Shown one piece after another: positions 25,471 to 38,920 of a DNA stretch of 64,000 nucleotides. The position numbers were made by a program, and so were the translations under genes. Positions within the stretch are counted from its first letter, which is position 1, and each line of letters begins with the position of its first letter. Below the pieces are notes generated by a model. It ran no database searches, was not told the origin of the DNA, and was given only the letters and a program-made list of their open reading frames with translations. The DNA comes from Chara braunii. Its lineage: Eukaryota > Plantae > Charophyceae. The stretch is from assembly GCA_003427395.1 (NCBI GenBank), contig BFEA01000046.1, forward strand, positions 517,279-581,278, written 5' to 3'.

Positions 25471-27955
25471 TCACTCGTCCCCTCTCAGCTCCAGGCCTAG
25501 CCTGTCATACACAGCTCTCCTAGCACCGTGACATTTCCTCCGTAGAAGAGCGCCACGCATATCTCTGACTCGCCTCTGTCCGTCAGTCTGCACGACTCGT
25601 CTCCTAAGGTCATCCTGAAAGGCGGGGCAAGCAACCCTGTCGTGCACTCCTCTGCCACACCACGAGCACATGTCACTGGTGCTACTGTCCTCTACCTTTG
25701 CCTTCTTATGCTTGGGTAGGATCTGAGGCCGTGCGCTCTGGAGTTGGATTGTCACATCCTGTACGGCTCTATCCACCGTATCAGGGCTCAACATCCTCGA
25801 GACCCTCTCAGTCGTCACCTCCTCATCACATCTCTCAGTCCCTAACGAAAGGAGGTGCACTATATCGTTCATCGGCCCTAAAGCTAGAGCTGGTGTAAGT
25901 GGCAGAGTCATCGGCAGCACCGTCGCTGATCCGCTCGTGTCCTGCTGTGGCATGACACCTTGAGACTCTAAAACCCTCTCTCGCTCGTCGTGCGTACCAC
26001 CCATCTCTCGCCATGCAGGGACCCAGTCCAAACCACGTGCGTCTGCCTCTCTCCTCCTCTCAATCTCATCTGGCTCAAGCATGAGCTTGTCGACAACTGC
26101 AGCCTCCTCATATGTCATTCCCATAGCTCTAAGTTGCTCCTCCGTGTGTGAGTCTCGTCGAGGGACGTGCAATCTCACTCCACCCGACTCTAACTCATAA
26201 GTGACTTGTGCATGTTCGATAGGAATCAGTTGTCCTTCAGTCCTCCTCTCGTCAACGAGATCTGTCGTGACCTGACGCCTCTGACCCTCCTCTAGATCAG
26301 TAATCCTCTGCTCAATTCTCGAGGTAGACTGTCTCGCCAGCTCTGCGCTAGCGACGAGGTCACGTACTATGTCCCTCAGACCTTTGTCCTCCTGCTCTAG
26401 GACACCTATTCTCTATACCGCATCATGAAGTACCTCTCCTCACGCAACCTCGGTCTGCGTGAGTCTCCTGACATGCTCCATCACTCCTGCCAACTCTCGC
26501 ACTGAGGCATCAGATAACGATCTCGCCTGGAGCCCCTCCTCTGCCTGTGTACGCTCTCCCTCAGGCATAGGCTCCTTTCCTGTCCGTCTCCTCATCCTAA
26601 CCTCCTCCTGCCATCCGGTTGTGGCCGCCTACTCATAGAAGAGCCTCTGTGTCTGCTCCTCTCGGTCTCTCGCCGTAAACCGACAAGAGTCGATACCTGA
26701 CTCTCCAACTGAGATGATCACACGGTCTCAAGGACAACCCTGCGCTCGAGCCTATCTCTATCCAATGTGTCAACAAGTGGCTCATATTCCCTGAGCACCC
26801 TCTGAACCTGGGCTCGCCAATCACTCGCCTCTCTCTCCTGAATCCTAAGGACCGCCTCGGCCTCCTCCAGAGTCTGAGCCTCTCTTCCCTCAACAACCGT
26901 ACGGAGGTCACACACCACCTCTCTCAGTGCATTGTGCTCCGTTTGTCTGTCGCGACTCAACTCAAAGGATCAGATGGCAACTCTCCTAGTATAATCTCTA
27001 ACCTGCTTCATCGCCTCTCGAGCTGCTGTGAGGCCGCTACCAATATAGGTCCTATGGAGGGTCAGGTCGTCATACAATACTCTGAGCCCACCAGTGGTCC
27101 GATCCTCCGGCAAGTGAGGTCTTGCGGCCTGGCCCAGTCGCTCAAAAGCCAGCCAGCCCAGAAAATGTAATGATGGCATCTGTTCCATCTCCTCGGCCAG
27201 CCACGTATCCCCCCTGACAGGCTCGTGATCTACCGGCCTCCGAGAATCTGGCAAGCTCTCCTCCTAATGAGTCATGGATACGTCCTGAGTATGTTATGGG
27301 CTTGCCTCAACGTGGCCCCTCATACTGGCCTCACTCCGATCACCACCCCATCGTGGAGTATCTCCAAAATCTAGGGGTGACGACTCATCTTGCTGGGCCT
27401 GTAAGCCCTCTGTGGGACCCTCCCTCTCTAACCCCAAAACCTCGGCCTCAACCTGCTCTGTCTCTATATCCATGGCTGATGGTTGGGATACCTCCTGTCG
27501 TACCTGCATCCTAGGAGACTCCATGTCATATAGTTGGGCAGTCAACGAACCCACAGGCTCAGCTGGCTGCTCAACCAATCGACTTTCACTCAGTAATGGC
27601 AAGTCATCCAATGATGAGGGCCCCATGGCACCTCTCTCACCATCCTCCACTGCTAGCTCTGACTGAGGCTGGATCCTCTGCCCATCATGTCCTAGCTCAT
27701 CATGTATCGGCGCCGCATCTCCCACCAGACGTACTTATGTACCTGACCAAATTTTTCCGCATCCGTCATTCCGTCCGTGATTTGCTGTAGCAACTCAAGC
27801 CATTCAGACACTTTCTCGCCTTGGAAGTGAAAGATGGGAACCTTAGGAATGTTGGATCGCGTCACCGCGCGCCCATCCAGTTGCGCCACCAGCTTACCCA
27901 ATGTAGCCGGCCGTTGACCCGCGTCATTGGCCTCATTAAGCTCATCGTCAGCCAT
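25471..27955 (-). pseudogene. Degenerate gag-like ORF with C-terminal CCHC zinc knuckle
   Basis: N-terminal NIPKVPIFHFQGEKVSEWLELLQQ...KYV matches the gag at 53.3 kb (NVPKVDTFHFNGERV...LKYV); the middle is E/R-rich; CSWCGRGVHDRVAC knuckle; frameshifts and stops. Confidence 0.8.
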
Positions 27956-28371
27956 CTCGCTCTCTGATGATCAGTTCCCTGTCAATATACAACACTTATA
28001 CAGGGTCAACCTAACTACTTTAACAATCCCTTATAGCCAGTCCAACCTCAAATCTTAAGAGGTTGTCCCCTGCTACCTAGTTTGAAACCTCATCACTCAT
28101 TCACAAGCATTCACACCACCATACAATCACACTACGAATTCGCCCACGCCACACCAAGTCCTAATACTTAGCGTTCCTGATTATGACAGTGAGGCCCTTC
28201 TTTGGGCCTTACAAGATTCGTAGGAACATTCTCTTAGGCCATTACGGGCAATATCAAAATTAAGAACACACTATATCACCCTCTAATCACAAAAAAATGT
28301 CGTTTTGCCTCGATCATCATTCTACACTTAACCCAAGTCCGTTCACTATGGACCTCGGTAGGCAGCCGAGG

Positions 28372-28389
28372 TCCCTGACAACAGCGCCA
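28372..28389 (-). promoter_or_regulatory. Primer-binding site, tRNA-Asp type
   Basis: Minus strand TGGCGCTGTTGTCAGGGA, 2 nt after the LTR end. It differs by three transitions from TGGCGCCGTTGCCGGGGA, the complement of the plant tRNA-Asp 3' end. Confidence 0.8.
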
Positions 28390-28391
28390 CC

Positions 28392-31300
28392 TGTCGAGCG
28401 CCCGGTCCCCGCTGGGGGAACCTTCCCGGCCGCGTCACGCAGGATTGGCAGAATTCGCATCTTGATTCACAAAAAGGGAAGCAGCGGAGCCGCTCCGGCC
28501 AAGTGTGCCAGCTATACCTCCATCGAGTCCCTACGACAGGACAGGGTCTTGCGAGGTACAACTTACCTCCACCCGCGGGAGCTGTTACCATCCCTTGGGT
28601 GGGCGTATCCTCGCCGAGCTACTGAACCACACGCGAAAGCTTTTACTTGCAATCGCGGAGGTGGCCCATCCGAGGGCGTTTCTCGTATATTGTAGCATAA
28701 GGGGTGCACGTGGTCCACGCCTAGCTCGGACCCGTACGCGAACCGTCACGCGGGGCCGCTGATCTCCCACGTGCGCTTCAGCGACGGTCGACTAGGACAT
28801 CCTAAGTCAACCACACGATACGCGACAAAGCAAACTAACTCAGACAAAAAATAAGCCTAGTCCCTTTTTCATACATCCTGAGCCATAACTCAAAAAAAGC
28901 CTTTGTGTCTTAAGCGAGACCCATACGAAATCGCATAAAAAGAATGCAACCGTCAAAGGAATCATAATGCTCAGTCATGTGTACTCAGTTGATCTGCTAT
29001 CATGGCGACGCTTCATGCGTTATCCACATCCACGCACCCGTACGACACTCAGGTGTCGAAAGCAAAATATCGTGAAGGGGGTTTCCTTCACGATATTGCA
29101 CGGCTGAAGGATAAGTCGTGCGGCCCTTGCGGCACGCCTGTCTTTTAGGCAGTGGGTGACGATAAGCAAGAGGCGTAGACCCAACTCAAGGGGGAAACCC
29201 TTTTGTGTTGGACCAGAGTCTGGGGTGTCGTGGACAAGGACCTCGAATTCCAAGCTCAGGACCAACGTCCGACTAATAATTTAAAAAGCAAAACCCCTTT
29301 GAGATGGGATTCGCTCATCCCTCCCCTGAGGGACGAAAAATAAGAGTGGTCGTGGGTTGGCGAGCAATTCGCCATACCCAAACTAAGTCTCAGTCTGAAC
29401 AAAGGTTGAGCGCTAAACCTTGCACTCGGCTTCTCCTGCCTGCTCGCTAGATGCGTGCGGCAAGAGCAAAATAAGAAAAAGAAAAAGGCGAGTCTCGGGG
29501 GAAATCACGGAGAGTCATTCTAACAGCCATAGTTGAACCTTGTCACTCACACCCTGTACTCATTCATCCATATCACTCTCAAATCCAGAAGTGAGTCCTT
29601 GCTCCCATACATACATGCACACACATGAAACCCAATGAAAATTCACAGCCAATTGCCACAAAACGTGGTCAACTCCTTTGCTCCCAGGTTCATGTCCCAC
29701 ATGCCCCTTTTTGACCCCCACTCGACAAAGGTATGCCCGTCCGATCCATTTCACACAACTTTTGCATGGCCATTCAAGAGTGGTTCAGAGAGTAGAAACT
29801 TTATTTACACAGAAATGCCTTTCGCCTACGGAGTCACATACATCTGGGCGTGGGTATCACGGAGGGTAGGAGTTGAGTTGCAAACCGACCTGCTATCAAT
29901 CTGACCGCAGAAGTTGAAGAATCTCAAGACTTCGAAGAACACTCGCAGGTAGCAATGACCTGCGTCACAAAGATCAAGGCAGGCGTCGCCTGTCGAGTTA
30001 ACGGAAATCAACTCCGTATTGCACTCTAATCTACTTAGCAGTAGCGTCTGATAACGATGTGAAAATCCCAAAAATTTTGGCTGCACTTCCTTTACGGAAG
30101 TATTTACTATACTAAATCTCAAAAGAAAACTTGTCACTCTGAAAATATCTGACAATAAACTAACTCTTTGGTTTTAGTACAAATTTCGGCAACACTTCCT
30201 TCATAAAGGAAGGCTTCCAAAATTCCTACTGACCCCAAAGACTAAACTATATCCTATCCTAGCGGACATCTCTGAAACTTTGACTAACTTTGAGTATTTA
30301 GCAGGAATTTTGACAGTATCTCCCCTAAGAAAAAGAGGCTCCCAGAACTTCTACTGACTCAGAGGCTATTTAGAGTCCTATGAAAAATAATCATACAAGA
30401 AGAGACAATGCGAAAACAAAGAGCAGACATGTACCCGGCCTGTTGCTCAAGCATAAGGCGAGCACTAACGAACTACCCTATGTAATGCAGAATACAAACA
30501 GAGCTTGAGCAAAAAGACAAAGCATTGCCAACAAGCATGTCATGTCCACATCGCATTCAGTCAATTCAAAACAAAGTTTCGTTCATTTAAAGTTTTAATC
30601 TTTCACTTGTTCTGATCACAAAAAAAACATTAGTCCTGTATCTTACTTAGTTGATTAACTTTCCAAGTTGTTCTCAGTCAACCCCATGCAATCGCTAAGA
30701 CACTTAGCCTGGACTATTCTCACAAGGAGAAGAGTCAGACCTTTGTCAACAAGCTAAACTGACTGACTTAGCAAAGCAACCGGATGGGTCAGAAGGACCT
30801 CATCTGCAGCCCCATTTCAATGTCTTAGGCAAACAACAAAGCGACCGGATCAGTCTGAAGGACCTCATCTCCAACCTCATTTGAATCTCTTAGGCAAACA
30901 TCAAAGCGACCGGATTAGTCTGAAGGACCTCATCTCCAGCCCCATTTCAATGTCTTACGCAAACAGCAAAGCGACCGGATCAGTCTGAACGACTCATCTC
31001 CAGCCCCATTTCAATNACTCATCTCCAGCCCCATTTCAATGTCTTAGGCAAACAACAAAGTGACCGGATCAGTGTGAAGGACCTCATCTCCAGCCCCATT
31101 TCAATGTCTTAGGCAGACAGCAAACCGACCGGATCAGTTTGAAGGACCTCAGCAAAGCGACCGGATCAGTCTGAAGGACCTCATCTCCAGCCCCATTTCA
31201 ACGTCTTAGGCAGACAACAAAGCGACCGGATTAGTCTGAAGGACCTTATCTCCAACCCCATTTCAATGTCTTAGGCAAACAGCAAATCGACCGGATCAGT

Positions 31301-34300
31301 CTCGAGGACTTTATTTCCAGCCCAGTTCAATGTCTTGGCAAACAGAAAGGCGACCGGATCAGTATGGGGACCTCATTTCCAGCCCAAGTTCAATGTCGTT
31401 GACAAAACAGCAAGGCGACCGGATCAGTCTGGAGGACCTCATTTCCAGCCTAGTTCAAATCATCGCATACAAGCATCATGATTTTTACCACAGACAGATG
31501 ACTTAAACATGCATAGTAGATTCCCTTTCTGATTAAGTTAAAGTCCTGAAAAACAGAATAAACATATACACAAGTCAAAGTCAAACAGACCAAACACCAG
31601 GTTTGTATAGATAAGGGGTTTATTGGGATTCTAATGGTATAGTGCCGGCCTACCTCTGAGTTCCCTGCCTCTAGAGTCCTGCGTGGGTTCCGGCAGAGCT
31701 CCAGCAATCGGTGGGTCAACCTCCCACAAAGGCCTTGCTGCGGTCCTATGGGTTGCAATCCCGCCTTCCGCCTTCCTCTACAAACACAGAGTAGACTCAG
31801 AGGAAGAAGGAAAGAAGAAGAAGTAGTCAGACGCTCGAGATACGAGAAGGGGCCAACTCAACTCCCACGAGAGGGCCTTGGTGCCTTAAGATCCTGAGAG
31901 CCCCGCAATGGCGTCCAAAACGCAGCGTCCACAGTCAGATTCGTGGTTAGAACGAAGCGAAGAACCTGTCTTTGAAAAAACTGAAGTTGCGGCAGCTTCC
32001 TGATTAGTGTGTTTGACACACCGCCCACCAGGTAAGTCTCCAAGCTTTCTCGTCATGCCACTCCCTGCACTCTAATGAGCAATGCACTGTGCAACAGGTA
32101 ATTGTCCAGTCCGCCGCCGACCTGCTGCAACTTCCCTCCGACTATATGAATAACGCACAGTCCGACAGGTATGTCTCCCGTCCGGTGCTGGCCTGCTGCC
32201 CCTCCGAGTGTGTGAATAACGCAAAGTCTGACAGATAAGTCTCCTGTTCGCCGCTGGCCTGTTGCAGCTTCCCTCCGACTGTGTGGATAACGCAAAGTCC
32301 GACAGCAGCGACAGGTAAGTCTCCTGTCCGCCGCTGACCTGCTGCAGCTTCCCTCCGACTGTGTGAATAACGCACAATCCCTCCTTATCAAGACTGCAAT
32401 ACCCGATGTAGCTCGTAGTCAAACCCTCGACACTCCAGTCAGATGCAGGTACCTACAGTCATATCAGAAAGGTCCTCCGGTCGACAACGCTAGTCTCCAA
32501 CCTGTTATGACTCGTCAAAAAGTGGCAGCAGCTACGTCGTTGTGTCAGAAAACGCAGCCCGTCGCCGCCGAGGAAAAAACACAGTCCGTTATTGCTGAGA
32601 AAAAACACACAGCCAGTTGCCACTTCTCAAACCTCAGCGTCATTACTGGTTTCCACCTCAACAGTAAAAATATGAAGCTTGCAATTGTTGAGCATGGAAG
32701 ACAACAACAATGAGCCGCAATGTTCAACAATACTGTGTTGTAGAACAACGACTCTTCGAAGGTTACACAATTGATGGTCGTTGATAGACGGTGCACCCGT
32801 AGGTTGATACATCCCTTTATTTCTCTCTCACCTTCCTTCCCCTTTCTGTCGTTCCTACCCTTCGCCATTCAGCCCAATGCATTCGGCCAGGTCCCTGGCC
32901 AAGTACGTCCAACCTTGCACCGAAGGCAGACTGCACCGTGACGAATGACGTGCACAGCAACGATCTTGACTGCAGCAGCAAGCCTGTCTACCTACTCACA
33001 AAAGGTGTGGAACGAATCTTCAGCTAGAATATAGAAGGATACACGGTTGCCTGGCTTGAGCGCCACAAACCACGGCCAGGTGAATTTGATACTGATCCCA
33101 ATGGCTCTTCAGCAAAGCGCTGCAAGGTCAATGCTCGCCCCACTTCATCTTCTTTTATTTCTTCACCTGCCTTCTCGTATCTGTGCCTGATCCCGGCCAG
33201 ATACATACGTAATTTCCCTGCTTCTTTATTCACCTCTGCGAGCAGCTCACAACTCCGCACCGAAAGCACCAAACTCGATTTTGACTTTGCCACTGTGCTC
33301 ACAATGCCCGAAAACCCCAGGTATGCCTTCCCCTTCGTCCACCAAATGTGCAAATGTGAATGTATCTCTCGCTAGAACACGGAAAGATACATTGCCTATC
33401 CCACAGCTCGGCTCCCATCTCCTGTACCACCAAAATTACTAACCTAGCACCAAAACCAACCCTGCCATTGTGTTCATCATGCCTCAAAACCTCCTTTTCA
33501 ACTCCTCACTTGCCCGATTTCATCAAGAAACGGTGAAGATACACCAATTTCCCGTTTCGTTTTTCTCCCTCCTTCGTCTCCTTCGCGCACGCTATTTGTA
33601 CTGCACCTCCCAATACACCCAACCATTCGCTAATTTGATTCCACCACCGAACTCGCCCGACCTCATAACCCCTATGTAGCACTTTGGTTCGCCCGATTCC
33701 GTCGAGAATCGGGTGAGATAATCGATCTTTGCTCTACCATAGCCGTTTCCTTCTTCGCCTCCGTCACTTCCCTTCACTCATCGTCCTTGTTTCCCCCGAC
33801 GTCCTTTCTTCCTCGTTCATTATTGCTTAGTGCCCGCCGCCCGCGTTCTCACTTAGCGCTGCTTAGTACAATGTTAGCCCTGTAGGATCAGACCCAAGCG
33901 CTTCAGCTACCGTGAGGGAAAACTTTGGTGGCAGCTCGCCCCTATACCCAAGTCTGTCGTACGGTTTGCACTTCAGCTTGCTGCCAGCCCTTTCCACAGT
34001 GCCATTCTGGCCGTGCCCCTCCTAGGTTCAGCCCAACATCCCCCGTTTTTTTTTTTCTTTTTTCTTTTTTCTTTTTCTTCTTAGATATCATCCCTAAGCT
34101 GACCGGCCCCGGGCAATTCAGAAATAGTTGGTCCTACAACTTTACTCATCACAATCCATCATCAGGATTCGAACACAGGTCTGTATTTTCTACAGTTCAT
34201 GGGTATACTAACTGGGCTTGCTCAAGTGCTCATCCCACAGGACTGTTTTCGAACAGTCTGCAGGGGTACCAACCTGCGCTAGGCCCAGTGGCTGTGATCC

Positions 34301-36267
34301 CACAGACTTCTTTTCAACAGTTCGTGAGTGTACCACCTGAACCATGCTTGCAGGTGCTGGTTTCACAGCCCTGTTTTCAACAGGTCANGGGTGTACCAAC
34401 TGAGTTATGCCTGTAGGTGCTGATTTCACAGCCCTGTTTTCAACAGTTCACGGGTGTACCAGCTGAGTTATGCGTGCAGGTGCTGGTTTCACAGCCCTGT
34501 TTTCAAAAGTTCACGGGTGTACCAGCTGAGTTACTGCAGGTACAGATCCCACAGGACTGTTTTTCAACAGTCTGCAGGTGTACGAACTGAGGTAGGTCCG
34601 CAACTGCTGTTCCCACAAGCCTATTCACAGCAGTTTGCGGGTGTTCCAACTGGCTAGCGTAGGTGTTCATCCCACAAGACTGTTTTTCAACAGTCTGCGG
34701 GTGTACCAACTAAGCTTAGCTCATTGGCATTGGTCCCACATGACTGTTTTTCAACAGTTTGCGGGTGTACCAGCCGAGCTTGGCCCAATGGCAACGGTCC
34801 CGTAGGACTGTTCACCCTCAAACCTCTTACAGCAACACATGCTTGGCAGGTGGTGCACCCGCAGGTGCTGGTCCGGCCACTCAGGTTCCTTCCTCGTTGC
34901 GGGCTACACACCCACTACTCACATGCACGTTGAATTCCTCGGACCATGATTTTAAGATGGGGAAGATGGAGGAATTTTATCAGCATCTCGACCACGGACG
35001 AAGTCGAACGGACCTTCTGAAAGAGGCGTTTGCTCAAGGTTCTCGACTGCCGTGACGGCCACTCGTGGGGAGGTGTTTCAATCGCTCCCTACTATAATGC
35101 CGGTCACAACAGCCTATGCTGGCATGCACCTCACATACCGTCAAGGAGGACGGTGATGCAGTCGCCTTCTATCCCCGTTGAGTGGGGATAGACGACTTTT
35201 CTCCTCCCGCTTCGTCGCTCAACAATCTTCAAACATTCTTTAACTCTCTTTTGAAGTTCTTTTCATCCGCCCTCGCGGTATTTCTTCGTCATCGTTCCCA
35301 GAGCTAGTTCCCGGCCTGGTCAACAGACGGAAAATTGGGAAAAAATAAAAATAAAAATAAATCAACAAAATAAAAATAGTGGAATTGAAGAGGACGAGGA
35401 CCTGTCGATGCCCTCTTGGTCTTGCCAGTCGAACCCAAGCTTGGGCCCGTCTAACAAAACCAAGGGGGATAGTCCCTTAAGACCCTCGACCCCTCAGTCC
35501 CTGTTGGTCGCGTTCCCTTGCTCCATCGCCACTTGCTGACCTCGAACCCCAAACCTGTCGCTTGAAAGTCCAGAATCGTAACCATTAGAACTAGGCCGAA
35601 GGCTGAGCCAGGTAGGTGTGAACCTGCGTATGAATAGTCGTGGGACCGTGATTGGTCATACCCGTACAAACCAGGCCTCCACCTTGGCCTACCGGCCAAC
35701 CTCCTGGCCGTCAGAAGACGCCGAGACGTCGCCCACGCCTAGGATCGTAACTGCCTGGTATCCTGGTCGTCGGGCGCTCGACATATGTTGTCAAACTTTC
35801 GACTTTCCCCCATACTAGGTTTGCCAACGCCTCGCCTTTCCGTGTGTCACCAAACACACTCTTCCTGCGTGTGCGCAAGGTAAAGCTTTTATCCTCTTCG
35901 CGCCGTATCCCCCCAGAGACCGAACTAGTTGCGAAGTAAATGTAGTCTTTATAAAACAAAAGAAAAATATAATCAACAATAAAAGTTACAGAAGGGAGAG
36001 TAATCGGGCCCTACGGCTTTGGCGCCATTTCGCCAGCTTAGGATTGCCGATGACTAACGGCTATCTCACCGTGCAACGCAATAATGAGTGCCCCACACAC
36101 CGTGCAACGCAATAATGAGGGCCCTACGGCTTTGGCGCCATTTCGCCAGCCTAGGTGAGCGACCTAACAGGGTTCGCCCCATCAACGCATTACGTTAATC
36201 AAGGACGCCCCTAGTGCGACCTTTAAAAAGGACGGCAAATACCCTTGTAAGGGTGTTTGCCACGATA
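28392..36267 (-). repeat. 5' LTR, 7,876 bp
   Basis: Direct repeat of 11797-23245, followed by the PBS; contains the same three tandem arrays. Confidence 0.85.
30770..31455. repeat. 65-bp tandem array, 5' LTR copy
   Basis: Same unit as 14204-15165 with fewer units. An N at 31016 makes the copy number uncertain. Confidence 0.9.
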
Positions 36268-36794
36268 CCGTCACTTCGACACTTCGTCGAATGTGGACGA
36301 GGTAGAGACTGCGTCGGCCCCCCCACGTCCGCTCCGTCCTTGGATCGCCATCGCCCCGCCCTGCCATCCATCGGTACAGGTGAGTCTTCCTCCTCTTCCT
36401 TCTTCTTCTTCTTACTATCTTCTTCTTCTTCTTCTTCTTCTTCTTCTTCTTCTTCTTCTTCTATTTCTATTTCTTGTTCTTCTTACTATCTTTTTCTTCT
36501 TCCTCTGGCACAGCCCAAGTTTCCAAAATCTCATAGAGCGAGAGCGAGAGAGAGAGAGAGAGAGATTGTGCAGAAAAAACAACCGCAGTTTGAAGTCCGG
36601 AGTAGGCATGGACCCAAGGGAGGGGTAGAGGGGCAGCTGCACAACGAGAACGAGTCGAAGAGGAAGAGGAAGAGGAAGAGATTCATGGATGAGAGGGAGA
36701 TTCAACTAAACGAGAGACAAGGAGCCGAGATGCATGAAAGCGACAAGGGGTAACAGGGAGGTCCGTAGAAAAGAGAAATAAAAATTCAAAAAAA

Positions 36795-37454
36795 NNNNNN
36801 NNNNNNNNNNNNNNNNNNNNNNNNNNNNNNNNNNNNNNNNNNNNNNNNNNNNNNNNNNNNNNNNNNNNNNNNNNNNNNNNNNNNNNNNNNNNNNNNNNNN
36901 NNNNNNNNNNNNNNNNNNNNNNNNNNNNNNNNNNNNNNNNNNNNNNNNNNNNNNNNNNNNNNNNNNNNNNNNNNNNNNNNNNNNNNNNNNNNNNNNNNNN
37001 NNNNNNNNNNNNNNNNNNNNNNNNNNNNNNNNNNNNNNNNNNNNNNNNNNNNNNNNNNNNNNNNNNNNNNNNNNNNNNNNNNNNNNNNNNNNNNNNNNNN
37101 NNNNNNNNNNNNNNNNNNNNNNNNNNNNNNNNNNNNNNNNNNNNNNNNNNNNNNNNNNNNNNNNNNNNNNNNNNNNNNNNNNNNNNNNNNNNNNNNNNNN
37201 NNNNNNNNNNNNNNNNNNNNNNNNNNNNNNNNNNNNNNNNNNNNNNNNNNNNNNNNNNNNNNNNNNNNNNNNNNNNNNNNNNNNNNNNNNNNNNNNNNNN
37301 NNNNNNNNNNNNNNNNNNNNNNNNNNNNNNNNNNNNNNNNNNNNNNNNNNNNNNNNNNNNNNNNNNNNNNNNNNNNNNNNNNNNNNNNNNNNNNNNNNNN
37401 NNNNNNNNNNNNNNNNNNNNNNNNNNNNNNNNNNNNNNNNNNNNNNNNNNNNNN
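36795..37454. other. Assembly gap (660 N); smaller gaps at 19493-19508 and 61879-61926
   Basis: Runs of N. Confidence 1.
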
Positions 37455-37528
37455 CAGCCCTGTTTTTTTTTCTTTTCATTGTCTATTGTTTTTTCCATGG
37501 CAGTGCGCACTCCTTCCGAGGGGAGTCA

Positions 37529-37593
<65 letters not shown>

Positions 37594-37596
<3 letters not shown>

Positions 37597-38215
37597 CCGA
37601 AGGGGGGGGCTTTGGGTCGTGTGTGGGTCGAGCGTGGTTGCGTGAGGTGGGGGCGGGGTCGCGACTGCGGGGACCGGTGGTGCGGGGAGCGGGGGTACCA
37701 ACGGTGCGGGGATCGGGGACCGGCAGGTGATGGTGTGGTGGCGGGAGTGAGCGGTGCGGCGGCGGGGATACGGGGATTGGGAAGCAGTCGGCGGTTGGGG
37801 GTCCGCGACCCGGGGACGGGCCATGCATGCGGGGACGCAGGGATCCATGGCGCGCTGTGGTGGTGGGCGGGCGGCGGTGCTGGCGGGGGTGCAGGGTTCA
37901 CTGCTGGGGTGGTGTTCGGGGGTTGCGGGGGTCGACGCGCGGTGTCGGGTGTGCCGGGCGGGGCCGGGGATGAGGGGTCAGGAGTGGTAGGGTGGTGGGG
38001 GTTGGCCTCCGGGGGTGCAGTGGCAGGGACGGGTGTCTGGTGCTGTCGGCGGTGGGCATGCGCGGTGGTCAAGGGACGGGAGCGGGAGTCGTTGGGTTGG
38101 GCCAGTGGCGGGTATGGATTGCCGGGTGGGGGGGTCAACGATCCCTGCGCCGGGGGTTCGGGGGTCAACCTCAACCTCCGGCTAGGGGCCCGGGGATCCC
38201 CGCTTAACAACCCTG
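37594..38215. mobile_element. G-rich segment ending in a possible hAT/MITE-type terminus
   Basis: The reverse complement starts CAGGGTTGTTAAGCGGGGATCCCCGGGCCC, and a similar start GAGGGTTGTCGAGCCCCGG occurs at 19442. No transposase or paired TIR confirmed. Confidence 0.35.
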
Positions 38216-38920
38216 GTCATGGGAGCTCAGCAACAAGGGAACCAGAACGATTAAGGAAAAGAAAAAAAAAACTTAAAAAAAACAAGGGGACCAGAACGCC
38301 ATCTGGATGTGAATGGTTCTGTTCCTTAGGCTGAGGATATGGCCTCTAGTTGCAATAAGCTCGGCCCTAGGATTGCTCCATTTCACTTTCTTACCGTCCA
38401 CGGTTAAATGCTGATCTGACAGTCTACTCCAAGTAGCATGAGAGGGACATTATGAAGGGAATGATGCAAAAGCCTCCTGGCAGTTAATCCTCCTATTAGG
38501 GGCAATCAATGCTGTAGAAGGGGTCCTTCAACCTCAATGGAAGGAATACTTTTTTGGTTACCTGCAAGTGAGTGTACTGAACGACTTCCGGTGAAAAAGT
38601 AACCGGACTGATGCTCCCCAGAATGGAATGCATCCAGGACCCCAAGGCCCTGTCCAGAAAAGAAAGGAAGACAAGAAAACTGAAGTGAATATAATGCCTA
38701 TAATGTGCTTCCTTCTGCAGCTGTGTTTTTGTCCACCAACATCCAGCAATCTAGATATTAAGTTGTGCTGTCATAACACTGCTGTTGTTGTATGGATGTC
38801 TTGAATAGTTCACCTGTCGTGTCTTTGCAGTTGTCTTCCTCGTGCTATCCATATTCTTTCCTCTCACTGTGGTGCTACATTTTGCTAATTTAGTATGTGA
38901 CTTGGAAACTTCTTCTGCAG

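Larger units (their letters stand above)
11797..36267 (-). mobile_element. Non-autonomous gag-only (TR-GAG/LARD-like) Ty3/gypsy-related LTR element with giant LTRs
   Basis: TGTCG...CGACA termini (the 5' LTR start reads TATCG); 4-bp TSD CCGT at 11793-11796 and 36268-36271; PBS after the 5' LTR; PPT before the 3' LTR; 5.1-kb internal region with gag remnants and no RT, RH or INT motifs. Confidence 0.85.

Noticed and set aside
28372-28389. tRNA gene
   Set aside because: Only 18 nt of tRNA 3'-end complementarity next to an LTR, so it is a PBS; no cloverleaf.
36214-37510. ORFs with poly-S/L/R runs or X runs
   Set aside because: Derived from (CTT)n and (GA)n microsatellites and the N gap.
37476-38334. 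Long ORFs of 244-282 aa
   Set aside because: By-products of a (GA)n microsatellite and stop-poor GC-rich DNA, with no domain motifs.
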